A stretch of DNA of 62,947 bases, filler included, from Diploschistes diacapsis (taxonomy: Eukaryota), in the NCBI GenBank assembly GCA_023645945.1. It is 22 parts of 22 records of this genome, joined end to end, with 100 filler letters (N's around TTAATTAATTAA, not from the genome) between each part and the next. Parts side by side here need not be neighbours in the genome. Positions count along the whole stretch, not along the records: positions 1 to 19,102 come from JALAIB010000382.1; positions 19,203 to 38,279 come from JALAIB010000383.1; 20 more parts are not named here. One strand, written 5' to 3'. Position numbers and translations under genes: made by a program. The notes under the pieces are model-generated. The model did not search any database. It was not told the origin of the DNA and saw only the letters and a program-made list of their open reading frames with translations. This document shows, in pieces, positions 11,994-23,997 of this stretch (position 1 is its first letter; each line of letters starts with the position of its first letter).

Positions 11994-12427
11994 TGTTGAA
12001 AGTGGTGGAAGTTCCTAATAGATAACTGATGACTAAGAGTGTATTCTTCAGCTAGTCCTAACTAAGGAATAATCCTAGCCTGCCTAGCCTGGTAGCTGAC
12101 TATTGTTCAATGATAATATATTGAAGAGGTTGAAGGTTATATCCAAGAACAATGGAGGGTGAGAGGCCTTTTATAGGCACATTTCACGCTAGTAATCATT
12201 ATTCTAGAATGTTTTTTATCCTTCTAACTCATTCCATGTATTAGTAAGCCGAATATTCTAGAATATTCTAGAATATTCGATGATATTCGATAATCTTCGA
12301 TGATGTTCTATTATGTTCTAGAATATTCTAGAACCTTCTAGAACCTTCTAGAACCTTTCAGCATATTCGAACATGCTAGAAGCTTAATAAGCAATCTGAC
12401 AAACCTATTTAGGTTAGTATTCTGACA
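11994..12427 (-). mobile_element. Isolated LTR (434 bp) with a heat-shock-element array and TATA box
   Basis: TG..CA ends (minus strand TGTCAGAA...TTCAACA) and TATAAAAG on the minus strand at 12175-12168. It sits between a MITE end and a pogo TIR, with no matching TSD. Confidence 0.7.
12251..12370. promoter_or_regulatory. Array of heat-shock elements (nGAAn inverted repeats, 10-bp period)
   Basis: Twelve in-register 10-mers (consensus GAAYMTTCTA). Perfect runs are GAAtaTTCtaGAAtaTTCtaGAAtaTTC (12251-12278) and TTCtaGAAtaTTCtaGAAccTTCtaGAAccTTCtaGAA (12316-12353). Confidence 0.7.
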
Positions 12428-12759
12428 CCCGTCAAACACGTTATAATTTATTAAAAAACGTATATTTTTTCGTTTTTATTAATTTACGTTTTATACGATT
12501 CCGTACGCGTTATTCTCGAGATTTTTAAAATTTATTACGTAAAATGGATCGAAAAATATCGTAAATCTATATAATCTTCCGTATAGAAGTAATTTAATCA
12601 GTTTTCATTAATTTAATAACTAATAATAACCGTCTTTCTTGCTAAGTATCAATTAATATAATGATGGTTGAGATATATGAAGTTATAAGTTAAAAACACG
12701 TAAAAGAGAAGGAGGTGGGCGGATGACTTGTGTGGGCGGATGACTTATGAAATACGTTA
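12428..12759 (-). mobile_element. Two pogo/Fot1-type terminal remnants
   Basis: CCCGTCAAACACGT+TA (12428-12443) is the terminus of the family at 40484 and 46065. GTGGGCGGATGACTT x2 ..AATACGT+TA (12714-12759) is a second ACGT-ended TIR with an internal direct repeat. Confidence 0.65.
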
Positions 12760-12873
12760 ACTCTAATGTACAGAATGCTCTGACGCCAGATAACAACGTC
12801 TATTACCCAGCACGTTTATGCTAATTTAGGGCTTTCAAGAAAGCTTGCCGTGTAAAATTATCTATTTCGCAAT

Positions 12874-13995
12874 CTATTTCGCAATCTCCACGCCTCCAGT
12901 TGCGCCTGGGCTTCGTTAATATATATATCTCGCACACAGAAGAGTAGTGAGCTTACCAAGAGCCTTCTTTATATCGCCGTAGATGGCAAATTGGCCAGCA
13001 GTGAGTGTCCCGACCATCACGAGACGTGCGCCAATACCCGCAAAAGAGCCTCTGAGACCGAGTTCCTTGCCAATCTTGAACAAGCGGCTCATGGTACCTT
13101 CACCTGGGAGACCCTTGGTCTTATTGATCTTGCTGAGCATAGTGTCGGCCGGCTGAGATACAAGAGCTGCGGCAAAGCCAGCGATAAGACCTGAGCCTAA
13201 GTTAATAGTAGTTTGCATGCCACCGGATGCCTGCGATTTATCGATTCGCTTGTAGACTGCTTCGGCGACCTTCTCGTAGACCACGAACTTTGCCATTGTG
13301 TACGGAACCCTGTGAAAATCTCAGACACGGCGCCGAAATCGTGAGCTGGGTTCTACCTACTGCTTGAAAAGAATTGGGCCAAAACCAGAGTAGAAGGCTC
13401 CAAAACCTTCAGTGCGGTAAATCTTACCAAAACCACCGATCAGACCGTTTGCAAAGGTTGGCTCTGACACGAGACGGATACGCGTCGCTTCCAAGGGGCA
13501 TAGTGCAATATCGGCGAAAAACTCTGCAGCAGCTGAAGAGGCCAGGTAGACGGCAGTACGGTTGTCCGATGCAGCCTCATAGCCCAGTCCGCTGATGGCT
13601 TGTTGCTTGAAAAACTCGTAGCCCCCAAACTTGAAAGCGCCCTGGAGGAAGTAGCCAGCAAAGGTAGGACCAACGCCAGTCAAGAGAGCGGATGCACCCT
13701 CGTTGGCGATAACCTTGCGAAAGCCGCCAATCATGCCATTATTGTAGGTTGCAGGGTCGAGCTGTATACGAGTCTTGACGCTGTGGAAAGATTAGCAAGA
13801 TCGAAAAGGCCGATTCAGCTGTACCACTCACACATCGACTGGTGTCAGAGAGCCATGAGTAACTGAGCAACAGATGGCACCGGCAAACGCGAACCTCGAG
13901 TACAGGCCAAGGCCGCTCAGCTTCGTCTCTGCCTTTGTTGTCTGGATGGCAGCGTCAAGCTTTGTCGAGCCAGTCGAGCTTGTTGGCGATGCCAT
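12874..13995 (-). CDS. MIR1: Mitochondrial phosphate carrier
   Basis: Exons 13995-13832, 13780-13361, 13309-12957 and 12905-12874 with canonical GT-AG introns. Carrier signatures [22 protein letters not shown] and [11 protein letters not shown], plus [11 protein letters not shown] and [16 protein letters not shown]. Confidence 0.95.
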
Positions 13996-14729
13996 GAAGA
14001 GTAACGTAGCCGTAGAAGGTGGAAGTACGCAGTAAGATAAGGGATTGAATATCGTCGTTCGTCTGTCGGTCGATCGGTTGGTCGGTCGCAGCTGATTTTG
14101 CTCACTCTTTTCCTCAGCGAAAAAACCTTTCCGGGAGAATCCGACTAAACTAAATCCTTCCACGCCGTTACTGTCCGGTCTAGCCTAGCAGCTCTTATAG
14201 TCCCCGGGTGAGCAGCGATGGCCCCGGGGGAGTCTGGTGTACATAAGTGTAAGTAAGTGTGACGGCGGCCTCTTGACCGCCCGATTCGCCGGGGGTTTAT
14301 TGGGGGTTTATTGAGTCGGGCTCTGAATCTGTCTGACAGTCTTCTCAAGAAATACTGGGGCAGCAGCTCATCCAGTTCTCAGCAAAACTCTTGTATCTCG
14401 ATTCTGGACAGAATCTGACGCGGAGGACACAGGGCCGCCTTCTCGTTCATCATCAACCACAGCGCCATCATGCGGGCGATTGAAGAATGGAAAGCTCTTA
14501 GTCAACGATATAGCAGATGTTGCAGCAAATAACCGCATTCGGAAAGCCCATCGCTCGGTGTGTGCAGCGTCTGAAACTTACTCAGCCACAGACTCCAGTG
14601 TTTTAAGTGATTGAGTCGTAACCTGCGGCTGTTGCTTCCTCACGTTTCAGAAGGTACTGCACATCACGGATCTTGTTGACGAGCAGCAGCTCAACAAGAT
14701 GCTCGATCATTCCGAAGGTCGCCGAATTC

Positions 14730-14915
14730 ACTGACTGACTGACTGACTGACTGACTGACTGGCTGCCTGCTCATTCATAGGCAGAGGCTATATCGAGACT
14801 AGCCCACCAAGATTATGTCAGCAGGGAAAAGTCTTATCACTATATCTATATCTATATCTATGTCTACATCTATGTCTACATCCATATCCATACCTGTATC
14901 TGTATCCGTATCGAT
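14730..14915. repeat. Microsatellites: (ACTG)n and a degenerate (TATATC)n tract
   Basis: An ACTG tandem run at about 14730-14760 and a TATATC/TATGTC/TACATC hexamer run at about 14841-14915. Confidence 0.85.
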
Positions 14916-16958
14916 ATTCGTCTTCAAATCTAAATATCGTGATAGCATGGGACTACCTCCAGACTCCAAAGTAGCCGCAGCCCCCTGGTGTGCCCGCCTC
15001 CGCATTTTCTCCAGACTTCGTAGGGTGGCTGTGTCGGCGTGCAACCCTTACAGAGAGTTCAGGGTGTGTTTCATGTTTTGGCGCACTGCATGACATGACG
15101 GTCTGGAGAAACGATCTCTGTAAGCACTGGCAGGGTATGCGGTGACGTTAAGGTACTTCTAGAAGGGTGACTAGCTCTTAGCTTGCTCGATTGGGCACGT
15201 AGATCTCAGGCGATGCATCTGCCGTAAATGGGATTTGTCGGCCGTTGGGATGCGACCATGAGTGAGAAAGTAAAAGTATCGAATGGCGACGACAAGGCAA
15301 CGACCACCACCGATCACCAGTACCTAGTCACAGTTTCCATCAGACTTCTGTACATGAATAAACATTACTGTATGGCCCCCCGAATTAGTACTCCCGGGTG
15401 GGTTTCGGTCAAACACGAATCCACAATATATACGTGAAGTATGGGATACCGATTCCGTACACGTGCGTGTGCGTGTGCGTGCGTTGTAGACTTACAGTAA
15501 GTAACTTATCTAGATACTAGATATAACTCCACCAAGGTGCTAGCTAGATGGATATGGATGATGAATCTTGAATCTACGTTGTACCTCGTGGGCTTGAAAA
15601 GTGCAGCTTAGGGTCCCGGGCTCCCACACCACACCAATAAGCAACCAGTCAACGCCAATTCGCTAGCATTGTGTCAAACTCTCTCCTCGGCGATTTGATT
15701 TGAATTCGTTGTTACATCCTCTCGGGTCAATCAGCCTCATTCCTAAGCGGATTCAAGAACCCCAGAGCAAGTGACAACTACAACTACAACTCCTGCGGCT
15801 GTTCTGTTTCGGTGCCCATGTGTCAAAGGCCAATGCCAATCAATCCAAATGTCAATGTCAATGCCCAATGCCAATGCCAATGCCTCGAGACGGGGTGCAT
15901 AGCTTTTTTCACACAGCCCGAAGCATATGCTAGAACTAAGTATTGACTAGCAGTAGGTAGTAGGTAGCTATACTTTTTTCAGTGCTCGCTCATCATACTT
16001 ATATCGCCCCATCAAATTTTTCGATCTAGATACTAGCCAAGCTCTGCAGTGATGCTAGTAAGCTTCCTTGTTCCCAACCTCTCTCTCTCTCTCTCTCTCC
16101 TCCAACCAACCCTTCCCCCCCTCTCCCCGATCGCCCTACTGTTCGTTACCCAAAACGTACACAGTAGCCAGTGGAGGAGGAGGGGGGGAGGAGTGTGTGA
16201 CTGCCACTGGAGCTTCCACAATCCCTGCACATAATTCTCGAGTCATTCATTCAAGTCATCCATCTCGCCATTATGGTTTCGTGTTCGTGATTTGCCTTTT
16301 AATGCCTGCTCATGCTATTCCAATAACCTCCGTACCATACCGGAATGGCTTGGCTGAGCACAAATGGAATCTGTGGCAGAGATACAGTCACGGTGCTAGT
16401 AGTAGAGTGGGCAGCCCTATCAGCCTACTATCGGCCTGCTATCAAGCTTTATACCTACCTACAGCCTACAGTCTACAGAGTCGTATCGCTACGGTACTAC
16501 ATAGCCAGGCCCATCAACGCTGTGACCTGCTTTATACTCTGGACGTTTCTTTGCTCGCCTCTAGTCTCGACCACCTGGTCCTCCCCCAACAACGGTTTTT
16601 ATTGTTGGCTAGATTGCCGAGCACCTACCAGGTCAACTACTAAGTTCTTACGCACCCGTAACAACCAGGGAGTGGCAGTCCAGCTGTGCCCCGTTCAGAC
16701 CTGCAGGACTAGAGCTTCTTGCTTTTCTAACCCCAGTCCTCCGCTCTGCCAAACGCCTCTTACTTTCTTTCAACCCACCTTGAAGAGTTTCGCGCCAGAG
16801 CTTGGAGGGCACTGACCTTCCTCTCCTCCTGTGCTGCGGCTTTTACGCCTATGTCTTATGGCTTGCTACAGCCATAACGGGATCCTGTCGTCTATAACTA
16901 CGACACCCCCTCTTTCAACCCGCAGCGTGGCACCTCATACCACTATTCGAACCTTTCC

Positions 16959-18977
16959 ATGCAATCCGTCTCGAAGATGCTACTATACACCCGGAGGGCG
17001 CCAGTCAAAGAGCCTAAGCGCCGTTCTCGAGCTGGTCAGTCCAACTTCACTCCTTCCCCCCGGCACTTTACACTGACTTTCTCTAGGCTGCGTACAATGG
17101 TATGGAAAATTGCGGTCCCCCTCTCTTGCGAGGGCTATTGCTCATCAAGGTTCTAGTAAGGAGAAGAAAAAGAAATGCAACGAGGCACGCCCATCTTGCG
17201 AACGATGCCTGGAGCGTGGCTTGCAGTGCGAGTACACTCCCATCAAGCCTCGCAAACGCAGACGTGCAGCGTCACAAATGACCCCCTCGCTCCATTGCCC
17301 CACCCAGCTCATACGAGACTACTCGCTCAAGGAGGAAGCCTTCAGATCCCGACTGGACTCACTTCGCCATGCCACCAAATCAGACATGCCTCCGTTTTGC
17401 TTGATGACGCCTAACCTGGAATTTCCCGTGGACGAGCTTGAAACGCGCAGCGCGCTGGAAGATCGCTCGGGCCCCAGCTGGACAGACCATCGTTCGGACT
17501 CGCCTCTGAGTCCTTTCGACTCTCTGGATCCTTGGTCGGGATCCTCCTCTCGTGGCCTCTCGGCCGACTCGTTGAAAGGCTTCCTAGATCCCGGGTCAAG
17601 AAGCAGCCTTTCGAGCGTGTCGCCGACCCCAGACTTTGGTGGCCCAGTTCCACAAGGTCATCCTCCTACGACTTTTCCGCTCAATCCCACCAGCATCCCC
17701 ATCGCTCCACAGCCCTCGGCCCTACCTCCTTTGCCGCTTGGGCCGTCCCGGGAGCTGTTCGATCACTTCTGGCATCACCTCGCTCCCCTGCTGGTACTCA
17801 ACGACAAATACAACCCCTTTCTCGACTACCTGACCCCGCTTACGGCTTACTCTGTTGTGGAAACCGCTCTTCACGCTGTTTCAAGTGCTCAGCTTGAGAA
17901 CTTGGAAGGCCATACGCTAGGCAGACCTCTTGATCTACATTCGAGGGCCCTTCAGAGTCTCGCAATGTCGATTGGCACCGAGGATCAGAAGGATGAGGAT
18001 GTCCCCTTGGCTGCTACGCTTCTTCTTCTGCATTACGAGGTGAGTAAACCCCCCCCAAATGCCCTTAAGAGGGGCCGCGACTGAAAAAGAAAACGCAAAG
18101 GTTGTGAAAGGATCATCCTCGACCGCTCTACGATCGCACCTGAATGGCGCTCTGTCTATGCTTCAAGGGCGTGCTACGGCCAAGACCCCAACAACAATCT
18201 TCTTGGAAAGAGTTTGGGTCACCAATTCCTTGGTTGCTGACATGCTGACCTGCTATCTAGTCATTCAAGTACTTTGACGTTGTTTCTGCGCTAGCATCAG
18301 GAAGGGCTCCCCTTGGAGAGTCCTTCGTTCTGCCCCACCAGCCGCTCCACCTGACGCCGTCTATTGATCCCATATTCGGTCTGCTGGAACCCCTGTGGCC
18401 CATCTTGCACAGACTGGCGGTGCTAGTGGATATCAAACGCCAGATTGCAACCAACAGTCACCGGCGCGAGAGCATTCTACAGATGAAACACGAGTTGGAA
18501 GAGGACTCTCGGAACATCGAGCTCTTCCTCCTCGGATGGAAGGCCGAGATGCCCCCGTCGAGTCAGGGAGAGGACCCCGGGCTTGCTTCACATCAGCAGT
18601 CGGTCCGGAGCCACGCAGAGGCCTGGAGACTGGCTGCGCTGGTACACGTTCGGAGCGCCATCCTGAACCTACCGAGGTCGAGCACGAAGATCCACGAGCC
18701 CGTCAAACAGATTCACCAGAACTGCCTCAAGGTGATCATGTTTTCTGGGCCTTCCAAGGGCCTACTGTGGCCGCTGTTCGTTGGAGCGAGTCAGACGGAG
18801 GACAACATGGACATGGATGTGGCGCGCAACTGCTTCCGCCAATTGGCCAAAGGTCGGAGCATGAACAATATCACGGTTGCTTGGGAAAAAGCCGAGGAAA
18901 TCTGGAGTGGTCGACCTGGGACAGGCACCAGCTTTGCGCTAGCGCCAGATGTGCTGGAGGAAATTATCGCAGATTAA
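16959..18977 (+). CDS. Zn(II)2Cys6 transcription factor with a Fungal_trans_2-type C-terminal domain
   Basis: Exons 16959-17034, 17087-17099, 17157-18039, 18101-18211 and 18261-18977 give [37 protein letters not shown]. C-terminal motifs: HLNGA, FKYFDVVSAL, IDPIFGL, AEAWRLAAL, LLWPLFVGA. Confidence 0.92.
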
Positions 18978-19102
18978 CAGAAAAAACCAATGGGGTGTTC
19001 TACAGGGTAGGGGAGGGGGGAGAATTTGACGGTTGGACGATACGGGGGAATTATTGGCTGGAGACCGGGTTCCATTTTCGTTCTGGAAGGTAGGAAAGGG
19101 GG

Positions 19103-19202
19103 NNNNNNNNNNNNNNNNNNNNNNNNNNNNNNNNNNNNNNNNNNNNTTAATTAATTAANNNNNNNNNNNNNNNNNNNNNNNNNNNNNNNNNNNNNNNNNN
19201 NN
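19103..19202. other. Artificial contig linker N44-TTAATTAATTAA-N44 (first of 21)
   Basis: An identical 100-bp spacer with stops in all six frames recurs at 38280, 39519, 40758 and onward to 61718. Confidence 0.98.
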
Positions 19203-19550
19203 CCCGCCTTCTCCCCCCACGCCGCCACCAGCATGCAGCAACCGCAGCAACCAGACCCCATGGGCGGTGCGACGGCCGGCTTCCCCATGCCGCCGCACGC
19301 TTCCGCCGGCGTCGGCGGCGCAGCAGGGATGCCCGGCGGCCCCGGCTCGACGTTCAGCGACGGGCAGATGCTCGACCCGGCGCTGCTGGCGAGCATGCCG
19401 AATCCGAACTTTGAGTATCCGTGGGGGGGGTGGGACCCGGCAGTGTTCCAGAACGTGCAGATGATGGACGCGAATCAGTTCGGTGGGATAGCGTTCGGGG
19501 AGATGAGCATTGAGGATGCACAGGTGCAGCAGCGGCGGTATGCGGCGTAG
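19203..19550 (+). CDS. 3' end of an unknown gene (low-complexity Gly/Pro/Gln/Met tail, possibly a transcription factor)
   Basis: GC-rich frame open from the contig start to TAG at 19550 (..FEYPWGGWDPAVFQNVQMMD..), followed by UTR-like sequence. Confidence 0.55.
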   Translation, partial: PAFSPHAATSMQQPQQPDPMGGATAGFPMPPHASAGVGGAAGMPGGPGSTFSDGQMLDPALLASMPNPNFEYPWGGWDPAVFQNVQMMDANQFGGIAFGEMSIEDAQVQQRRYAA

Positions 19551-20074
19551 GAGTGTGGGGGTTGGATGGTGGTGTTTTGTTTTTGGTGGAGGGAGGATTA
19601 GAGGTTAGGTCGATGTGCGGCTGTGCGTGGAGGGTGATGGGAGCGGAGGGCCGAGTTCCGGCGGTAATACTAGTGGCAGGGACGAGGGGGGAGGATGAAA
19701 TGCTTGAGACGGAGAGCCTGTTGGCTGCTGGATTGGATTCTTGTTCATATTGGACCCGATAACACTTCGCACCCCTTTTTTCTCCCAGTTCTCACACGGT
19801 ATCCTTCAAATGGGGCCTGCTCCTTGACATTAGTGGTGTCCCTAACATATGTTATGATCTAGTATTATTGAGCATCATATTCCCACTGGAACGTGACTCG
19901 ATAACTCGTCGCGATCTTTCGTTTACGGGAAGGGACTTACTGGGTGAATACGCGTACTGGGTAAGGAAAGTAGCGCATGTAGGTAGCCAGTTGCCTAATG
20001 CTTGCGGCTCACATTCTGCTAGCGGTGTAGAGCGTATGATGCTGTACCCGGCTTTTACCCACGCTGTTCCTTGA

Positions 20075-20077
20075 CAT

Positions 20078-20102
<25 letters not shown>
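20075..20102. repeat. (CA)n microsatellite
   Basis: Directly visible CA tandem run. Confidence 0.95.
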
Positions 20103-20109
<7 letters not shown>

Positions 20110-20435
20110 GCGGAGGACTTTCTTCGCACCAAAAGAGGACAGAAATGTGCCCCGAGCTCAGTTTGCGGGCACCCAAGCTGGGTGACGCCGCACCCACGGT
20201 GCTCTGATTTTCGGCTCTAACACCTGAACTTCTGACAGCGCTTGCACTGCTACTCATCCACTCCGATCATGTCGTATAACAGAATGGCGGTTCGCCATTT
20301 TTGGCTTCTACCCGCCGGCGCCTTCGGACACTTACCATCACCTTCTGTTCCTACTTTCAGAAGCCTAATTCCAGTTCCTCGCATAATCACCAGCTTCCGG
20401 GATTCCAGTCAAAGTAACTCAGCTACCTTGTCGAA

Positions 20436-22597
20436 ATGGCTACAAGAAACCTCTCTGGAGAGGAATTGTTAGCCCGAGTCAAAGCCAAAGGTTACAATCA
20501 TGGTGTTGATCGTGAAGACACCGTCAGGGATATTAAAACCTACAAAAACAAGACGCTCAGAGACCAGGACGGGGCATTGAGGCTTTATGAAAGGTAAAGG
20601 ACATCGCGGTCCCGTCGAAGCATGCTCACGCAATGGATTAGATGGAGAGGAATCGACGAGGAGGACCACGACGGGGCAGAACCGTGTACTGGCAACGTTC
20701 CTAGGGTGGCGCCACGCCTCGAAGAAGGCTCATGTTCTCCAGACATTGGCACGTTTATGCGCTGTTTTCGGCGATAAGAGGATTCACGATGGCGGTTTGA
20801 TGACCGCCGATTCGTCGAATACTTTCATGGAGTAATTCTTTGCTAAGTTCGCCCGAATCACCGTCACACAGATTGACGAAGAGGATAGAAAGAAAATATA
20901 TCAAGTAAGTATCTGTTAGTTGATAAGTTCTGTAACTGATGTATCTCGTTATAGTTAACTCGAACCGTCTTGGTCGAAAAGGGAATAATTACAAATAAAA
21001 GAAAAAAGAAATACCTGTTTAACAAGATTGAGTTGGTTTAGTTTAATACAACTTTCTGGATTATTGACGACGATATTTTCGTACAGCCACGTAATAAAGT
21101 TCAGATATCCTTTATAATTTCGGTCTTTTATTAAATAAAAGCTAGGATAGGTACCTTCTTTCCTAACTTTAGTAATAAAGACAATAAAGGGCTTTAATAT
21201 AAAGTACGTCTTAAACTAGTAATTGCGAGAAATGTATTTATTTACTAGTTGCAGGATATCGAGATTGTATTAAGGCGAAGACCCAGCAATGGATAAAAGG
21301 CGATATACCACCTTAATCAACTCGAGATTACTTGGTCCTATATCGACCTGAAAAGGAATCCGTCAACGGTCTCTACCCGGCGAAAAGCTGTAACCTAACG
21401 ATGGCCAGGTGAGTGTTTCTACCTATAACACATACACCGAATGGATCTAACAGTAATAGCCTGCCTAAACGGCAACGAAGTCCGCACATTCATAAATGTC
21501 TCCAAGACGAACTGGCAAGCACACTGCATCGTCAGCCTGCGGAATTGAAATACTGCTTTCTTTACTTTAGTGGTTCGTCGAAAAGAAATGAAAAAAGCAT
21601 TGCAAGCCAAATCTCAAATCCCTCTCATCGAAACGGTGCGGTCCTATTACTTATTACGAAACACGAATCCGCCCTAGCTTTTATCCTTTCTATTTTAGCA
21701 ACGAAGACCTTGACGCAGCATCCAGACTAGGATCATAGACTAAAAAAACCAAACTACGCAACCACATCAGATCACACGCATCGAAAGCTTGTTGGCCACA
21801 CAAATGCCCCTTTTCTTCATATACTCTGCGGCTTGACACCGAAACCTCGTCCCTCTACTATCTCAGCGACGTACATGGCATTGCAATAAGTCAACCTACG
21901 AGAAATAGCAAGCCAGATGACACCATCAATCCCTTGATCGACTAGAATCCTAACTCGATCTCGCGAAAGCGAAAGAAAGAAGAGAATAACTCCACAAAAA
22001 TCGATCTTAGCACCGAAAAGAGCTACGTAACAGACTCAAAAGCTCCTAACCTTGTACAGACGATGTCCCCGCGTTCGCTATCCATTGCTTCGCCATCAGA
22101 TACCAGCCTACCCGACGTACACGAGCTGCTTCATTCCAAACAAGCCTTATTGCCAGATGCTACTCAGCTAGGCCTAGACGATGCTCCGGATCTATCGAAA
22201 ATTAATCCTAATGCCACTACGCTCAACGACGACGCCCGCAAAATCCATTGAGCGCGATGTGATCGAGATTTCAGATAGCCCACCGCAAACGAAAAGACCT
22301 CACGTCATTCTGCGACTGCACCCACGAACGGAAAAGGCGAAACCAAAGATAATACTGCGAGTGAAAAAGTTAGAGGCCAAGTCTTCGGTCAAGCAGTTGA
22401 AGAAGGGCATTTTCAAGAGAGATGCGGAAGGTCACAACGAGCCAAAGAGAAGGCAGAAAAAACCTCGTCGTCAGACTTCTCGACCTCTTAATCATGGAAA
22501 AGCAGCGGCAGAACTTCAGGCTACTATCTCTAGACGAACACGCACCGCGCGAGCGATCAAACCGACCAAAAAGGCCGCCGAAGCTGAAAACCGCTAA
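20436..22597 (+). pseudogene. DUF3435 tyrosine recombinase (Starship 'captain') pseudogene, copy 2, divergent from copy 1
   Basis: ATG at 20436: MATRNLSGEELLARVKAKGYNHGVDREDTVRDIKTYKNKTLRDQDGALRLYE, intron, TADSSNTFME*FFAKFARITVTQIDEEDRKKIYQ, intron, TTFWIIDDDIFVQPRNKVQISFIISVF..KARIGTFFP..GL*YK, intron, DIEIVLRR. It then jumps to a Cys/His-rich C-terminus (VLYRPEKESVNG, SKRCGPITY, LRNHIRSH..WPHKCP..LSDVHG). Confidence 0.8.
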
Positions 22598-22834
22598 GAT
22601 TACCCTGGCCATGAGGACGAGTCTCTGTCATCCAATGAAGAGTTTGTTCGTGGAACTGACCCCGAAGGTCAGGGGAACTTGCGTGTATGAGTGCATAATG
22701 GCATGAGGCTTAGAGTTGTGGATAGCTATGTATATAGACTCCCACCTCCCCATTTCCAAAAAGTAGGAGCCATCTCTCGCACTCATTTTCGGTACTTGCT
22801 TTGCTCTCCTTTCAAACATCTCGGCATCAAAGAA

Positions 22835-23930
22835 ATGGCTGCATCGGTCATCTCCACTAATTCCTTCGATGATAGAACGGGCTTCACAGAACTTGACTCC
22901 CTCTTCGCTCCTCTCTTTGACCCAGGGGCCTCGCTGTCAACGCAATTCTCTCGAACATCCGACGAATACGTTTCCAGATGGGATCCAGCGTGGGACGTAT
23001 ATTTCGAGCTCAACCCTGGGCCAGAATCGACCACCGTTGGTCTTCAGACCAACACATCCCGCGATCACGACCTTTCCTCTGCAACGTCGCCCCAGCTGTC
23101 CGCGTCTCAGCCTCGTTCGCTCGAGTACGTAATTCCCAAGGTGGTAAATGCTGGTAAGACGCTGGCCGCAGATGCCGGCAAGATTCACGAAACTATAGAC
23201 ATTGGCAAGCCGCAAGAAGCGGTATCCTCCGACCCATCCTCCAGCACGGCCGAATACCGCTCAACCCGTCTTAGAGCCGAGCGAGCCTCAGCTCGACAGC
23301 CCAGCCGACAGCCCAGTCAGCAGTCCAGTCGGTAGCGCCACGAACCCCCATCGTCGTCAAGAATACCAGTGACGAAGAGAGCGGCGTCCCAATTCATTCG
23401 TCGCCGAGCCGAAGCGCCACGGGCAATCCCTCCCACCTAAAGCGCAAGCGCTCGACCATCGGCAATGACGGAATAACCCCGAACAAAGACGGTGCGAGAA
23501 CGAAGTTGCATAACCCAAGCTCGCCTAGCCGCAACACCCGTCCGAATCCGAAACGAACCGCTAGGCCGGGCTACACAGATTGGGTGACCGTTCGAGAAGA
23601 TGTTAGCAGATCTGGATGATACTGCCTCCGGGGAATCCGATGATGCGAGTGAGCGCGAGGTCGAGGCGGGGAGAAACCGAAAGCCGCGGAAGCTGTATGC
23701 CAGAAGGGACAAGCTTGTAAACGAGTTGGCGGACGTCTGATGCGAGATAGAAGAATTGGAAGGCAAGAGTTGAGCAATCTACAAAATGAGGGGGGCTTGG
23801 GATAAAGAAGCCATTGCCCTGGATAAATGAGGTGGTGTTCGGTTTGGATTGAGCAAGGCATCTGGCCAGCTTCCCTAATCGGGGTGCCCCGCAATTTCAA
23901 ACTCTGCCTCGACCAACCAACGTGCCGAGC
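22835..23930 (+). pseudogene. Disrupted low-complexity hypothetical gene
   Basis: ORF MAASVISTNSFDD..(to 23335) is continued by Ser/Arg/Glu-rich frames broken by stops, with a WIEQGIW-like segment near 23845. Confidence 0.4.
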
Positions 23931-23997
23931 CTTTGATTCAATGTAGACAGCGAGACAGCTTCAAATTCTTATCTGACATATCATCTTCCAAAGAACG

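Noticed and set aside
14799..15093. DIDID and SISIS ORFs
   Set aside because: They are translations of a hexamer microsatellite.
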